Below, in pieces: positions 9,134 to 18,444 of a stretch of DNA of 64,000 nt. The notes below the pieces were generated by a model, which saw only the letters and a list, made by a program, of their open reading frames with translations, did not search any database and was not told the DNA's origin. The DNA lies in assembly GCA_039714915.1 (NCBI GenBank), contig JBDLIM010000007.1:13437-77436 (forward strand), read 5' to 3'. The position numbers and the translations under genes were made by a program. Every line of letters begins with the position of its first letter. Position 1 is the stretch's first letter. The stretch is from Bacteroidota bacterium. GTDB lineage: Bacteria > Bacteroidota > Bacteroidia > Bacteroidales > GCA-2748055.

Positions 9134-10345
9134 ATGGAAAATAAAAAAGCATTATTAGCCTTCAGCGGAGGTTTGGATACTTCTTTCTGTGCCATCTACC
9201 TTGCCAAAGAAAAGGAGTTGGAAGTACATTCAGCCATAGTAAATACAGGAGGATTCGAGGAGGAAGATCTGAAACAGATCGCCAATCACGCACAACGACT
9301 TGGTATGCTCACTCACAATGTTCTGGATGTAACGGCTGATTACTATAACAGCTGCATACGTTATATGATTTTTGGTAATGCCTTAAGAAACCGGAGTTAT
9401 CCCTTGTCGGTCAGTTCGGAACGTACCTTCCAGGCCATTGCACTGGTTAACTATGCCAAGAAGGAAGGTTTCAAATACATTGCCCACGGGTCCACCGGTG
9501 CAGGGAATGACCAGGTACGCTTCGACCTGGTGATCCAGGTGCTGGCACCCGAAATTGAAGTCATCACACCCATCAGGGACCTGAAGATCTCCAGGGAAGA
9601 TGAAATTGAATACCTGAAGAGCGAAGGCATAGTTATGAACTGGAATAAGGTCAAGTATTCCATTAATCAGGGACTGTGGGGAACAAGTGTTGGCGGAAAG
9701 GAAACCTTAACTTCCACGGATGAACTTCCCGATGAGGCCTATCCCACACCGGTGAAAAAGTCAGGTTCCGAGCTGCTAAGCATCGGATTTGAAGAGGGGG
9801 AACCCGTGAGTCTGAATGGCCAGAAAATGGAACCAGTCGTAGTGATCAGGGAACTGGAATTGCTGGCTTCCCCCTGGGGAGTGGGCCGGGATGTGCATGT
9901 GGGAGATACCATTATAGGGATCAAGGGAAGGGTTGGCTTTGAGGCTGCCGCAGCAAAAATTATTATTGATGCCCACCTGGCCCTGGAAAAGCATGTACTT
10001 TCCCGCTGGCAGCTTCACTGGAAAGAACAGATCGGGCAATGGTATGGCATGTTTGTGCATGAGGCCCAGTACCTGGAACCGGTGATGCGTGACATAGAGT
10101 CCTTTCTCGATTCATCCCAGAAGAATGTTACAGGTACAGTGAACGTACGGCTGAGACCTTACAGTTTTACAGTGACCGGAGTAGATAGTCCTTACGACCT
10201 GATGACCTCTTCTTTTGCATCCTACGGGGAGATGAACCGGGCATGGACCGCCGAGGAAGTTGATGGTTTTACAAAGATCCTTGGGAATCAGCAAAAGATC
10301 TGGTATGCAGTAAATGGAAAAAAGAATAAAGAAAATAATGCCTGA
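9134..10345 (+). CDS. argG: Argininosuccinate synthase
   Basis: 403 aa. It has the N-terminal PP-loop AFSGGLDTS, then AHGSTGAGNDQVRFD and the YSINQGLWGTS signature. Confidence 0.95.
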   Translation: MENKKALLAFSGGLDTSFCAIYLAKEKELEVHSAIVNTGGFEEEDLKQIANHAQRLGMLTHNVLDVTADYYNSCIRYMIFGNALRNRSYPLSVSSERTFQAIALVNYAKKEGFKYIAHGSTGAGNDQVRFDLVIQVLAPEIEVITPIRDLKISREDEIEYLKSEGIVMNWNKVKYSINQGLWGTSVGGKETLTSTDELPDEAYPTPVKKSGSELLSIGFEEGEPVSLNGQKMEPVVVIRELELLASPWGVGRDVHVGDTIIGIKGRVGFEAAAAKIIIDAHLALEKHVLSRWQLHWKEQIGQWYGMFVHEAQYLEPVMRDIESFLDSSQKNVTGTVNVRLRPYSFTVTGVDSPYDLMTSSFASYGEMNRAWTAEEVDGFTKILGNQQKIWYAVNGKKNKENNA

Positions 10346-10349
10346 GATT

Positions 10350-11138
10350 ATGAAGAAAGTTGGAATAATAGGAGCAGGAAACATTGGAATGGCCATTGCC
10401 AAAGGATTGGTTTCTTATAAAAAAATGCATCCCTCGGAAGTATTTCTGTCCAGAAAAAAAGTTGAGTTACTGGCCGATCAGGATAAGGAGGGATTCAATG
10501 TAACTGATAACACGAGCCTGGTTAGAAAGAGTGATTACATCCTCCTGGCAGTGCTTCCCGGTCAGGCTAAGGAGGTGGTAGAGGAAATCAAAACTTTACT
10601 TGAAGGCGAACAAAAGATACTGGTGAGTGTGGTATCGGCAGTGAGCATTCAGGAACTGGAGGAATGGACCGGTCACAAGGCGAGAATAGTCAGAATCATG
10701 CCAAATACAGCTGTGGAGTATGGAGCCAGCATGACCTGTATTTCGGGAGAAGAAGATCAGGCGGTGAAGGAAATCAAAGACTTGTTCGAACCCATGGGTC
10801 AGACCATGGTGATCAAGGAACAACTTATGCCTGCAGCCACCATTCTTGCAGCCTGCGGCATCGCTTTTTTTCTCAGGTTTATCCGGGCTGTTTCCCAGGG
10901 AGGCATTCAAATTGGATTTCATGCGGAAGAAGCCGGACTTATTGCTGCACAGACCGCCCGGGGAGCAGCCGAACTGTTAATGCAGACAGACCATCATCCG
11001 GAAACCGAGATCGACCGGGTGACCACGCCCATGGGTTGTACCATATCAGGTCTCAATGAAATGGAGCATTGGGGACTGAGTTCGTCCATGATCAAAGGAA
11101 TTGTTAAATCTTACTCAGGAATCAGTGATCTGAAATAA
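10350..11138 (+). CDS. proC: Pyrroline-5-carboxylate reductase
   Basis: It has a Rossmann N-terminus (MKKVGIIGAGNIGMAIAKGL), then RIMPNTAVEYGASMT, and a C-terminal VTTPMGCTISGLNEME. The start is placed at the ATG 4 nt after the argG stop. The ORF track extends to 10314 and an ATG at 10338 is also possible. Confidence 0.88.
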   Translation: MKKVGIIGAGNIGMAIAKGLVSYKKMHPSEVFLSRKKVELLADQDKEGFNVTDNTSLVRKSDYILLAVLPGQAKEVVEEIKTLLEGEQKILVSVVSAVSIQELEEWTGHKARIVRIMPNTAVEYGASMTCISGEEDQAVKEIKDLFEPMGQTMVIKEQLMPAATILAACGIAFFLRFIRAVSQGGIQIGFHAEEAGLIAAQTARGAAELLMQTDHHPETEIDRVTTPMGCTISGLNEMEHWGLSSSMIKGIVKSYSGISDLK

Positions 11139-12193
11139 TGAGCTCAAAATTTGCATATACAGATCTTTTAATGGAAATGCTGGCTATTCCGGCCCTAAGC
11201 AGGAATGAAGAGCATCGCTCCGATTTTCTTGAAGCTTTCATCAAGGATCTGGGATATGAGGTGAAAAGGATCCACAACAATCTGCTTGTAGGAAATCTGA
11301 CAGCAGAAGACGCAAGGCCGCGAATCCTGTTGAATTCACATATGGATACGGTTGCTCCTGTGGAAGAATGGAAAACGGATCCTTATAAACCTGTGATGCA
11401 GGGAGAGAAGATCACAGGTCTGGGCAGCAACGATGCCGGAGCATCTGTGGTGTGCATGATCGCTGCCATGGAGGCCATGAAAAGCAACCTGGAGGAGCAC
11501 ATGGACCTGCTTCTGCTGATCAGTGCGGAGGAGGAGGTTTCGGGACCATACGGGATCACGGCTGTATTACCCGAACTGGAGGATCTGGATGGAGTGATTG
11601 TGGGAGAACCCACAGGCATGCACCCGGCAGTGGCCGAACGTGGTCTGATGGTCCTGGATGGAGAAGCAAAGGGAAAGGCAGGACATGCAGCCAGGGAGGA
11701 AGGAAAGAATGCCATTTATAAGGCCATCAGGGATATAGAAAGTATTAAAGCCTTAAAGTTTGACAGGGAGTCTTACTGGCTGCCCGCACCCGGTGCCCAG
11801 GTGACTCTGATATCGGCCGGGACAAATCACAATGTGGTTCCGGATGTATGCCGTTTTGTGGTGGATGTGCGAAGCAACGACCGCTATGGGAACGAAGCCC
11901 TGCTGGAAATCATCAGGGAAACATGTGCAGCTGAACTGCATCCCCGCAGCACACGCCTGAAGCCTTCGGGCCTTCCAAAAGATCATTTCCTGATGGAAGC
12001 CATACGCACTTGCAAGCTGGAGCCCTTTGGATCATCCACCCTTTCAGATATGGCCCTGATTCCCTACCCATCCATAAAAATGGGTCCCGGGGATTCAGCA
12101 CGCTCCCATACGGCCGGTGAGTACATATTAAAAAGTGAACTGGAAGAAGGCATTGAAATCTATGGTCACTTTCTGGATAAGCTAAAAGTCTGA
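11138..12193 (+). CDS. argE: M20 family metallohydrolase, acetyl(succinyl)ornithine deacylase-like
   Basis: 351 aa with M20 metal-binding motifs (LLNSHMDTV, GSNDAGASV, SAEEEVSG). The start overlaps the proC stop (TAATG). It sits between proC and argH. Confidence 0.8.
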   Translation: MSSKFAYTDLLMEMLAIPALSRNEEHRSDFLEAFIKDLGYEVKRIHNNLLVGNLTAEDARPRILLNSHMDTVAPVEEWKTDPYKPVMQGEKITGLGSNDAGASVVCMIAAMEAMKSNLEEHMDLLLLISAEEEVSGPYGITAVLPELEDLDGVIVGEPTGMHPAVAERGLMVLDGEAKGKAGHAAREEGKNAIYKAIRDIESIKALKFDRESYWLPAPGAQVTLISAGTNHNVVPDVCRFVVDVRSNDRYGNEALLEIIRETCAAELHPRSTRLKPSGLPKDHFLMEAIRTCKLEPFGSSTLSDMALIPYPSIKMGPGDSARSHTAGEYILKSELEEGIEIYGHFLDKLKV

Positions 12194-12270
12194 CACTGTT
12201 ATGAAACGTCCATGATAATATTATTGTGGTAAGTTACACGAGACCAATTTAATAACTAAATTATATTCGA

Positions 12271-13617
12271 GTGAAACTGTGGGATAAAGAGATATCGACC
12301 GAACAAAGAATCCTGGCTTTTACCACCGGCAAGGATCCGGTGTATGATCTGGAACTTGCACCCTATGATGTGCTTGGTTCCATGGCGCATACCCTCATGC
12401 TTGCCGAGGTGGGACTGATAAAAAAGGAGGATGCAGCCAAACTTGTGGATGAACTGGCCAACATTTACAGCGATGCCAGTAAAGGAAAACTCCACCTGGA
12501 AGAGGGGGTGGAGGATATCCATTCTCAGGTGGAGATGATGCTCACAAAAAAGCTGGGCGATTTGGGCAAAACCGTTCACACCGGGCGTTCCAGAAACGAC
12601 CAGGTGATGGTGGATATCAAGCTCTTCCTCAGGGATGAGCTTCAGGAGATAGTTAATGAGGTTCATGACCTGGCTTCGGTTCTGGAAAAACAGGCCGGAG
12701 TATACGGCGATGTACTGATGCCCGGTTATACCCATATGCAGGTGGCCATGCCCTCGTCTTTTGGTTTGTGGTTCGGAGCCTATGCAGAAGCCCTGGCCGA
12801 TGACCTGACCTTCCTCCAGGGGATTTACAGCGTGATAAACCAGAATCCATTGGGATCGGCAGCGGGATTTGGATCCTCCTTCCCGGTAAACAGGGAACTT
12901 ACTACCAGTCTCCTGGCCTTTGAAAACATTCATATCAGTTCAGTTAATGCCCAGATGAACCGGGGAAAAACAGAATGGTATGTGGCTACCGGGATAAGTG
13001 CTATTGCTTCTTCCCTTGCCCGCATGGCCATGGATTCAGTTCTCTTTATGAGTCAGAATTTTTCTTTCATTTCCCTGCCCTCCGAGCTTACTACGGGATC
13101 GTCCATCATGCCCCATAAAAAAAATCCGGATGTACTCGAGCTCCTCAGGGCCAAATGCAACCGGCTTACCCAACTTCCTTCAAGTATCTCCGCAGTGACA
13201 GGAAACCTGATCTCAGGCTATCACCGTGATTATCAGATCCTTAAGGAGATTCTGCACCCGGCACTGGAAGAATTGAAAGATTGCCTGTCCATGATGAAAT
13301 ATGTGATGGAGCGAATCAGGGTCAACAGGGATATCCTGGAGGACGAGACCTACCAGTATATCTTCTCCGTTGAAGAGGTCAACAAGAAAGTCAAAGAGGG
13401 GATCCCATTCAGGGATGCCTACAAAGAAGTTGCTTCAGAGATAGATAAAGGTCGTTATAGGCCTGGCCGGGATCATAGCTATACCCATCTGGGGAGTATA
13501 GGAAATCCCGGCATTGCAGCAATCAAAGCGAAACTGGACACGGCTTATGCCGGATTTCGTTTTGTGAATACTTCAAAACTTGTAGATCAATTAAGTACCT
13601 ATTTTGAAAAGTCATGA
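12271..13617 (+). CDS. argH: Argininosuccinate lyase
   Basis: 448 aa with a GTG start. It has fumarate-lyase family signatures: HTGRSRNDQV, and GSSIMPHKKNPDVLE as the SS-loop. Confidence 0.95.
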   Translation: MKLWDKEISTEQRILAFTTGKDPVYDLELAPYDVLGSMAHTLMLAEVGLIKKEDAAKLVDELANIYSDASKGKLHLEEGVEDIHSQVEMMLTKKLGDLGKTVHTGRSRNDQVMVDIKLFLRDELQEIVNEVHDLASVLEKQAGVYGDVLMPGYTHMQVAMPSSFGLWFGAYAEALADDLTFLQGIYSVINQNPLGSAAGFGSSFPVNRELTTSLLAFENIHISSVNAQMNRGKTEWYVATGISAIASSLARMAMDSVLFMSQNFSFISLPSELTTGSSIMPHKKNPDVLELLRAKCNRLTQLPSSISAVTGNLISGYHRDYQILKEILHPALEELKDCLSMMKYVMERIRVNRDILEDETYQYIFSVEEVNKKVKEGIPFRDAYKEVASEIDKGRYRPGRDHSYTHLGSIGNPGIAAIKAKLDTAYAGFRFVNTSKLVDQLSTYFEKS

Positions 13618-14429
13618 CACACAGAAAATATTTAAAGAATAAGAAAAAAATCGTTGTAAAGGTGGGCACCAGCCTGCTGGCCTACGACAACGGGAAAATC
13701 AACCTGCAACGCATGGAAAAGCTGGTGAGGGTCCTGGCCGACTTGCACAACAGCGGAAAGGAAGTGATTCTGGTTTCTTCCGGTGCTGTGGGTGTGGGTG
13801 TGGGAATGATCGGACTGGCTGAAAAACCCACCGATCTGGTAAAGAAGCAGGCTCTGGCAGCCATTGGTCAGGTGGGCTTGCTCCGTTTATACCAAAAGTT
13901 CTTTGATGAGTATAACAAGACTGTGGCCCAGTTATTGCTTACAAGGGATGGCATTGAAAACAGCCTTCGCAGGAAGAATGCAAGAAATACCCTTAACCAG
14001 CTGCTTGAAATGGGAATCATACCCGTGATAAATGAAAATGACACCGTCATTACCGATGAAATCGAGTTTGGGGATAACGATACGCTTTCAGCTTGTGTTG
14101 CCACACTGATCCATTCCGAATTGCTCCTGATCCTGACCGATACGGATGGTGTTTTTACTGCTGATCCGCATATACATCGATCGGCTCAGAAAGTACCTAA
14201 AGTAATGAAGGCAAGTGATGATTTAAAAGATATAGATATAGAAGGGTCTTCCAAAATGGGATCCGGAGGCATGGCTTCAAAAATCGCAGCAGCTGAATTG
14301 TGCAGAGAGCATAATGTGGATGTGGTCATAGCAGACGGTTCCGATCCGTCCACCATCATGGATGTACTTGAAGGCAAGGATCTGGGAACCTTTTTTGTGT
14401 CTGATGCCACAAATCAGCTGGCAAGCTGA
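13614..14429 (+). CDS. proB: Glutamate 5-kinase (short form without PUA domain)
   Basis: 271 aa with IVVKVGTSLL, VILVSSGAVGVG and NENDTV...EFGDNDTLSA motifs of ProB-type amino-acid kinases. It has an ATGA overlap with the argH stop. Confidence 0.9.
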   Translation: MTHRKYLKNKKKIVVKVGTSLLAYDNGKINLQRMEKLVRVLADLHNSGKEVILVSSGAVGVGVGMIGLAEKPTDLVKKQALAAIGQVGLLRLYQKFFDEYNKTVAQLLLTRDGIENSLRRKNARNTLNQLLEMGIIPVINENDTVITDEIEFGDNDTLSACVATLIHSELLLILTDTDGVFTADPHIHRSAQKVPKVMKASDDLKDIDIEGSSKMGSGGMASKIAAAELCREHNVDVVIADGSDPSTIMDVLEGKDLGTFFVSDATNQLAS

Positions 14430-14433
14430 TTTG

Positions 14434-14471
14434 AGTCAAAAGTCAAAAGTCAAAAGTCAAAAATTGAAAGT
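14434..14471. repeat. Heptanucleotide tandem repeat (AGTCAAA)x4 plus a degenerate tail, filling the proB-proA spacer
   Basis: There are four perfect 7-nt units at 14434-14461, followed by AATTGAAAGT, which ends at the proA ATG (14472). Confidence 0.85.
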
Positions 14472-15719
14472 ATGGAAGAGTTAATTGAGATTGGGAAGAA
14501 GGCTAAGAAGGCTGCGGGACAGCTGGCCCATTTAAATACAGAGCAGAAGAACAAGATCTTGTTGCTGGTGGCCGAGTTGCTTGAGAAGAATAGCGCTCAG
14601 ATCCTGGAAGCCAATGCTGTGGATCTTGTGCAGGGAAAAGAGATGGGATTGAAGGGGGCCATTGTGGACCGGCTGACCCTGTCCAAAGAACGGATAAGCG
14701 GGATTGCAGAAGGTCTCAGGGAGGTCGTGCAGCTGGAAGATCCCATCGGGGAAATTGAAGAGATGAAAAAGCGACCCAATGGCTTGTTGATAGGAAAGAA
14801 AAGGGTAGCCCTGGGTGTGGTGGGGGTGATTTATGAATCCAGGCCCAATGTAACAGCCGATGTGGCCGGGCTTTGCATTAAAACCGGAAATGTTTGCGTG
14901 CTAAGGGGAGGAAAGGAAGCTTTTCAGAGCAACAATGCCATTGTGAAGATCTTTCACAAAGCCATCGAAAGTTGCGGACTGGACCGGAATATGGTCCAGC
15001 TGGTTCAGAATACCACCAGGGAAAGTGCCGTGGCCATGATGAAGCTGAATGACTACCTGGATATCCTGATCCCCAGGGGCGGAGCCGGATTAATTCAGGC
15101 CGTGGTACAGAACAGTACGGTGCCCGTGATCGAAACAGGGGTGGGGAACTGCCATATTTATGTGGATGAAGCGGCCGACCTGGAGAAGGCGGTGGCCATT
15201 ATATACAATGCCAAAACCCATCGTCCCGGGGTTTGCAATGCGGCCGAAAGCCTGCTGGTGCATGAAAAGGTGGCATACGATGTACTGCCTGCCATTGGCA
15301 AGTCACTGGCAGAAGGCGGCGTGGAGATCCGCGGCGATGATAACACCTGTGTCCTTATCCCGGAGGCCGTTTCTGCCACGGAAGAAGATTGGGGTACGGA
15401 GTACCTGGATCTGGTGATCTCTTCGAAAGTGGTGAAATCGCTGGAAGAGGCTGTGGAACACATCAACAGGTATGGATCCATGCATTCGGAAAGCATTGTC
15501 ACCGAAAATTACAGCCATGCCCAGTACTTTCTGGACAGGGTGGATTCCGCCGCTGTATATGTAAATGCCTCCACCCGCTTTACGGATGGTTTTGAATTTG
15601 GCTACGGAGCAGAAATTGGAATCTCTACACAGAAACTACATGCCCGGGGACCCATGGGTCTGAAAGAACTCACCACCAGTAAATATATCATTTACGGATC
15701 TGGACAGATTAGGAAATAA
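14472..15719 (+). CDS. proA: Glutamate-5-semialdehyde dehydrogenase (gamma-glutamyl phosphate reductase)
   Basis: 415 aa with VIYESRPNVTADVAGLCIKTGN, the catalytic region VCNAAESLLVH, and C-terminal ASTRFTDGFEFG. Confidence 0.95.
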   Translation: MEELIEIGKKAKKAAGQLAHLNTEQKNKILLLVAELLEKNSAQILEANAVDLVQGKEMGLKGAIVDRLTLSKERISGIAEGLREVVQLEDPIGEIEEMKKRPNGLLIGKKRVALGVVGVIYESRPNVTADVAGLCIKTGNVCVLRGGKEAFQSNNAIVKIFHKAIESCGLDRNMVQLVQNTTRESAVAMMKLNDYLDILIPRGGAGLIQAVVQNSTVPVIETGVGNCHIYVDEAADLEKAVAIIYNAKTHRPGVCNAAESLLVHEKVAYDVLPAIGKSLAEGGVEIRGDDNTCVLIPEAVSATEEDWGTEYLDLVISSKVVKSLEEAVEHINRYGSMHSESIVTENYSHAQYFLDRVDSAAVYVNASTRFTDGFEFGYGAEIGISTQKLHARGPMGLKELTTSKYIIYGSGQIRK

Positions 15720-15740
15720 GTCGATAGGCAAAAGTACTAT

Positions 15741-16820
15741 CTACAACCGACTCTTTTCAATGTTTTCTAGGAATACATCGAAAAGAAAAGCCGTATCGGT
15801 GGGTCCGCCTGAGGCCTCCGGGTGGAATTGAGTGGAGAAGAAAGGCTTTGAAAGGTGCTTCATCCCTTCGTTGGTGTTGTCGTTGAGGTTATTGAACAGA
15901 GGCTCCCAGCCTTTCGGAAGGGTTTCATTGTCGATGGCGAAACCGTGATTTTGTGAGGTGATGTAGGCTTTATCGGTCCCCAGTTCGAGCACCGGCTGGT
16001 TGTGACTGCGGTGTCCGTATTTTAATTTGTAGGTGTCGGCACCGGCGGCAAGGGCCATCAGCTGGTTTCCCAGACAGATGCCAAAAATGGGGGTATTGGA
16101 TTTGTAGGCATTGGAAAGATTGTTGATGGTGATTTCACACTGCTTGGGATCGCCCGGTCCGTTTGAAATAAACAGGCCGTCGTATTCTTCCTGGCTGAAA
16201 TCGTAGTCCCATGGAACCCTGATCACCGTGGTATCTCTTTCAAGCAGGTAGCGAATAATGTTGTATTTTACTCCGCAATCGATCAGGAGGATCCGGTATT
16301 TTCCAGTACCGTAAACGGTTTTTTCTCCCACGCTTACCTGGGCTACCAGGTTTTCCTGGTTGGGATCGTAGGTTTCGGGTTCCTTTTCGTCAAATACGAT
16401 TTTTCCAAGCATGGAACCCTTCTCCCGGAGGATCTTGGTAATTCGGCGTGTGTCCACATCAAAAATACCGGGGATCTTATGTTGTTTCAGCCAGTCGCCC
16501 AGGCTGCGTTCGGCATTCCAGTGGGAGTACTCGGTGGAGTAGTCCGAAATGATCAGGGCCGAGATATGTAGCTGATCCGATTCAAAAAACTTGTACATAT
16601 CATTCTCCAAATCCTCGCGGGGTACGCCGTAGTTACCCACAAGGGGATAGGTCAGAACCAGGAGCTGACCCTTGTAGGAAGGGTCGGTCAGGCTCTCGGG
16701 GTAGCCGGTCATCGCAGTGTTAAAAACCACTTCACCTGCAATGCTGCCTTCGTAGCCAAATGATTTTCCGGAAAATGTGGATCCGTCTTCGAGGATTAGT
16801 TTGATAGATTTGAAATCCAT
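15741..16820 (-). CDS. carA: Carbamoyl-phosphate synthase small (glutaminase) subunit
   Basis: It starts at MDFKSIKLILEDGSTFSGKSFGY. The glutamine amidotransferase triad region is PIFGICLGNQL ... FSTQFHPEASGGP. The start is placed at the first ATG (16820). The ORF-track start at 16847 is a TTG and would overlap the upstream gene. Confidence 0.93.
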   Translation of the reverse strand: MDFKSIKLILEDGSTFSGKSFGYEGSIAGEVVFNTAMTGYPESLTDPSYKGQLLVLTYPLVGNYGVPREDLENDMYKFFESDQLHISALIISDYSTEYSHWNAERSLGDWLKQHKIPGIFDVDTRRITKILREKGSMLGKIVFDEKEPETYDPNQENLVAQVSVGEKTVYGTGKYRILLIDCGVKYNIIRYLLERDTTVIRVPWDYDFSQEEYDGLFISNGPGDPKQCEITINNLSNAYKSNTPIFGICLGNQLMALAAGADTYKLKYGHRSHNQPVLELGTDKAYITSQNHGFAIDNETLPKGWEPLFNNLNDNTNEGMKHLSKPFFSTQFHPEASGGPTDTAFLFDVFLENIEKSRL

Positions 16821-16824
16821 GGAA

Positions 16825-18318
16825 TTATGAATTGTTTTTTGATTCAATTTGGATCAGGTTATTGATAATTCGCTCGGCCTGCTCCGGCGTAATCCGCTTG
16901 GCCACAATCTTCTTGTCATGGTCCAGTACAAAGAGCTGGGGGTAGCTCTGCAGGTTATATGAAATCCTGAACTCGTTGCTGTAGGGACTCCAGCTGTTGA
17001 TCCAGTCGTACAAGTGATGTTCATTCACAAAGTCCACCCATTTCTCCTTCCCTTCCAGGGTGTTGATCGCATGTACCGATATTACCTCCACGCCTTGTTC
17101 TTTCAACCTGGAATAGATCTCGTGCAGGACTGGTGTAGTTTTCTGGCAATGCCCACAATCGGCTTCCCAGAAATAAAGGATGGTATAGCTGGCTTCCGTA
17201 TCGTAAAGGAAAAAATCGTGCCCGATGTGCGGATCCCTTTTAATGGCTGTATCCTGGGCCGCCATTTCAAAATGCTCACCGGGAACCTGTCGAAGTATCA
17301 GGTTCGGGGCCTTCTGCCCGATCAGGGTGGGCTTATTTTTCTCCAGATTGTCTTTCAGTTTGCCGATAAACTCCTCGCTGCTCCAGCTGGCATCGGGAAT
17401 GTAATAGTACTCGGCTATGTGGAAGTAGACCACATCCATTCCCATGAATTTACTTTCTGCAAAATGGTTGAAGAGTGTAATGAGCATGTACCTGTACAGA
17501 TCCTCGTCCACTTTGGATCCCTCCAGGAGAAAATCCGATGCAGCAATAAGTGAATCCGGGTGCTGGACCACAGCACGCGACAGGTAGTTCATGATTTTAT
17601 TTTCATAGAGGGGCGTATGCAGCAACCTCACATTAAAGGGATCGAAACGGTCAAAGTAGTGTTCCCTGTAATAAAAATAATGGATCGAATCATCATGTCT
17701 CTTCTGGCCATTCAATAACTCGTCCGGAGGGAGGGCTTCCCTGGTGGCCCCGATAAAATCATTTACAAACAGGGAGGCATGCTCCGCTTCAATCCGGTCC
17801 ATGTAGAATTCCATTTCCCCGTTTATCTCTTCCTGTTTTTCTTTGATCTGAGCAGTGTCCGAAGCGGATCCTGCTCCGGCCAGCAAGGATTGCTGATGCT
17901 GCAACTCTTCTCTTTTTTGCTGGAGAAAGTCCTTATAATCCTGAAAGACCTGGTTATTTTTCGATCCTGTGAATTTCACCGTACCCGCCAGATCAGAGGT
18001 ATCTGCAGTCAGGGCAAACTCCTGGTCATCACCAAGCAACATATCAAAGTAATAACGTGAGCTGTAATAAACCAGGTAAAGTCCTCCCACAAATGCAGTC
18101 TCTCCCTCAAAGACTCCCCTTCCCTTCTGGTCCACCACAATGGTATCTTTGGGAACCATCCTGGAAGTAAAGTATTCACCTAAAATCACCGTATCCCCGG
18201 CGAGGCCCTGGACTTGAATTTCAATCCGGTATCCCTGTGCTGAAAGTGAAGAAGGCAACAGAAAAATAAATCCTGCCAGAATGGAGCGCAATCCCTTATA
18301 AAATGACATCAAATGCAT
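16825..18318 (-). CDS. TlpA-like thioredoxin-fold thiol:disulfide oxidoreductase with a large N-terminal domain
   Basis: It has a signal peptide (MHLMSFYKGLRSILAGFIFLLPSSLSAQG). The C-terminal redoxin domain carries a CxxC motif (YFWEADCGHCQK). The start is placed at the first ATG; the ORF-track start at 18336 is a TTG. Confidence 0.75.
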   Translation of the reverse strand: MHLMSFYKGLRSILAGFIFLLPSSLSAQGYRIEIQVQGLAGDTVILGEYFTSRMVPKDTIVVDQKGRGVFEGETAFVGGLYLVYYSSRYYFDMLLGDDQEFALTADTSDLAGTVKFTGSKNNQVFQDYKDFLQQKREELQHQQSLLAGAGSASDTAQIKEKQEEINGEMEFYMDRIEAEHASLFVNDFIGATREALPPDELLNGQKRHDDSIHYFYYREHYFDRFDPFNVRLLHTPLYENKIMNYLSRAVVQHPDSLIAASDFLLEGSKVDEDLYRYMLITLFNHFAESKFMGMDVVYFHIAEYYYIPDASWSSEEFIGKLKDNLEKNKPTLIGQKAPNLILRQVPGEHFEMAAQDTAIKRDPHIGHDFFLYDTEASYTILYFWEADCGHCQKTTPVLHEIYSRLKEQGVEVISVHAINTLEGKEKWVDFVNEHHLYDWINSWSPYSNEFRISYNLQSYPQLFVLDHDKKIVAKRITPEQAERIINNLIQIESKNNS

Positions 18319-18444
18319 CTTTTTAAAATCGGTCAAAGTTAATGATTCTATTTTAAAACATATTGTTCAATCTCCATGCCAATCCTGTCCGAAAATCACT
18401 ACCTTGTTCAAGACAATTGCATGTTCATATGACCTTAATTACAG

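Noticed and set aside
12194-12270. A possible additional ARG box (AAATTATATTCGA) upstream of argH.
   Set aside because: It is only a partial, asymmetric match with the wrong central spacing, and there is no second phased box. That is not enough to call an operator.
12256-12933. A 225-aa minus-strand ORF overlapping the 5' part of argH.
   Set aside because: It is antisense to a clear argininosuccinate lyase gene, and I saw no motifs. The same reasoning applies to other antisense ORFs at 23664-24269, 26591-27208, 42545-43078, 50377-50880, 51713-52186, 54312-54935 and 56954-57433.
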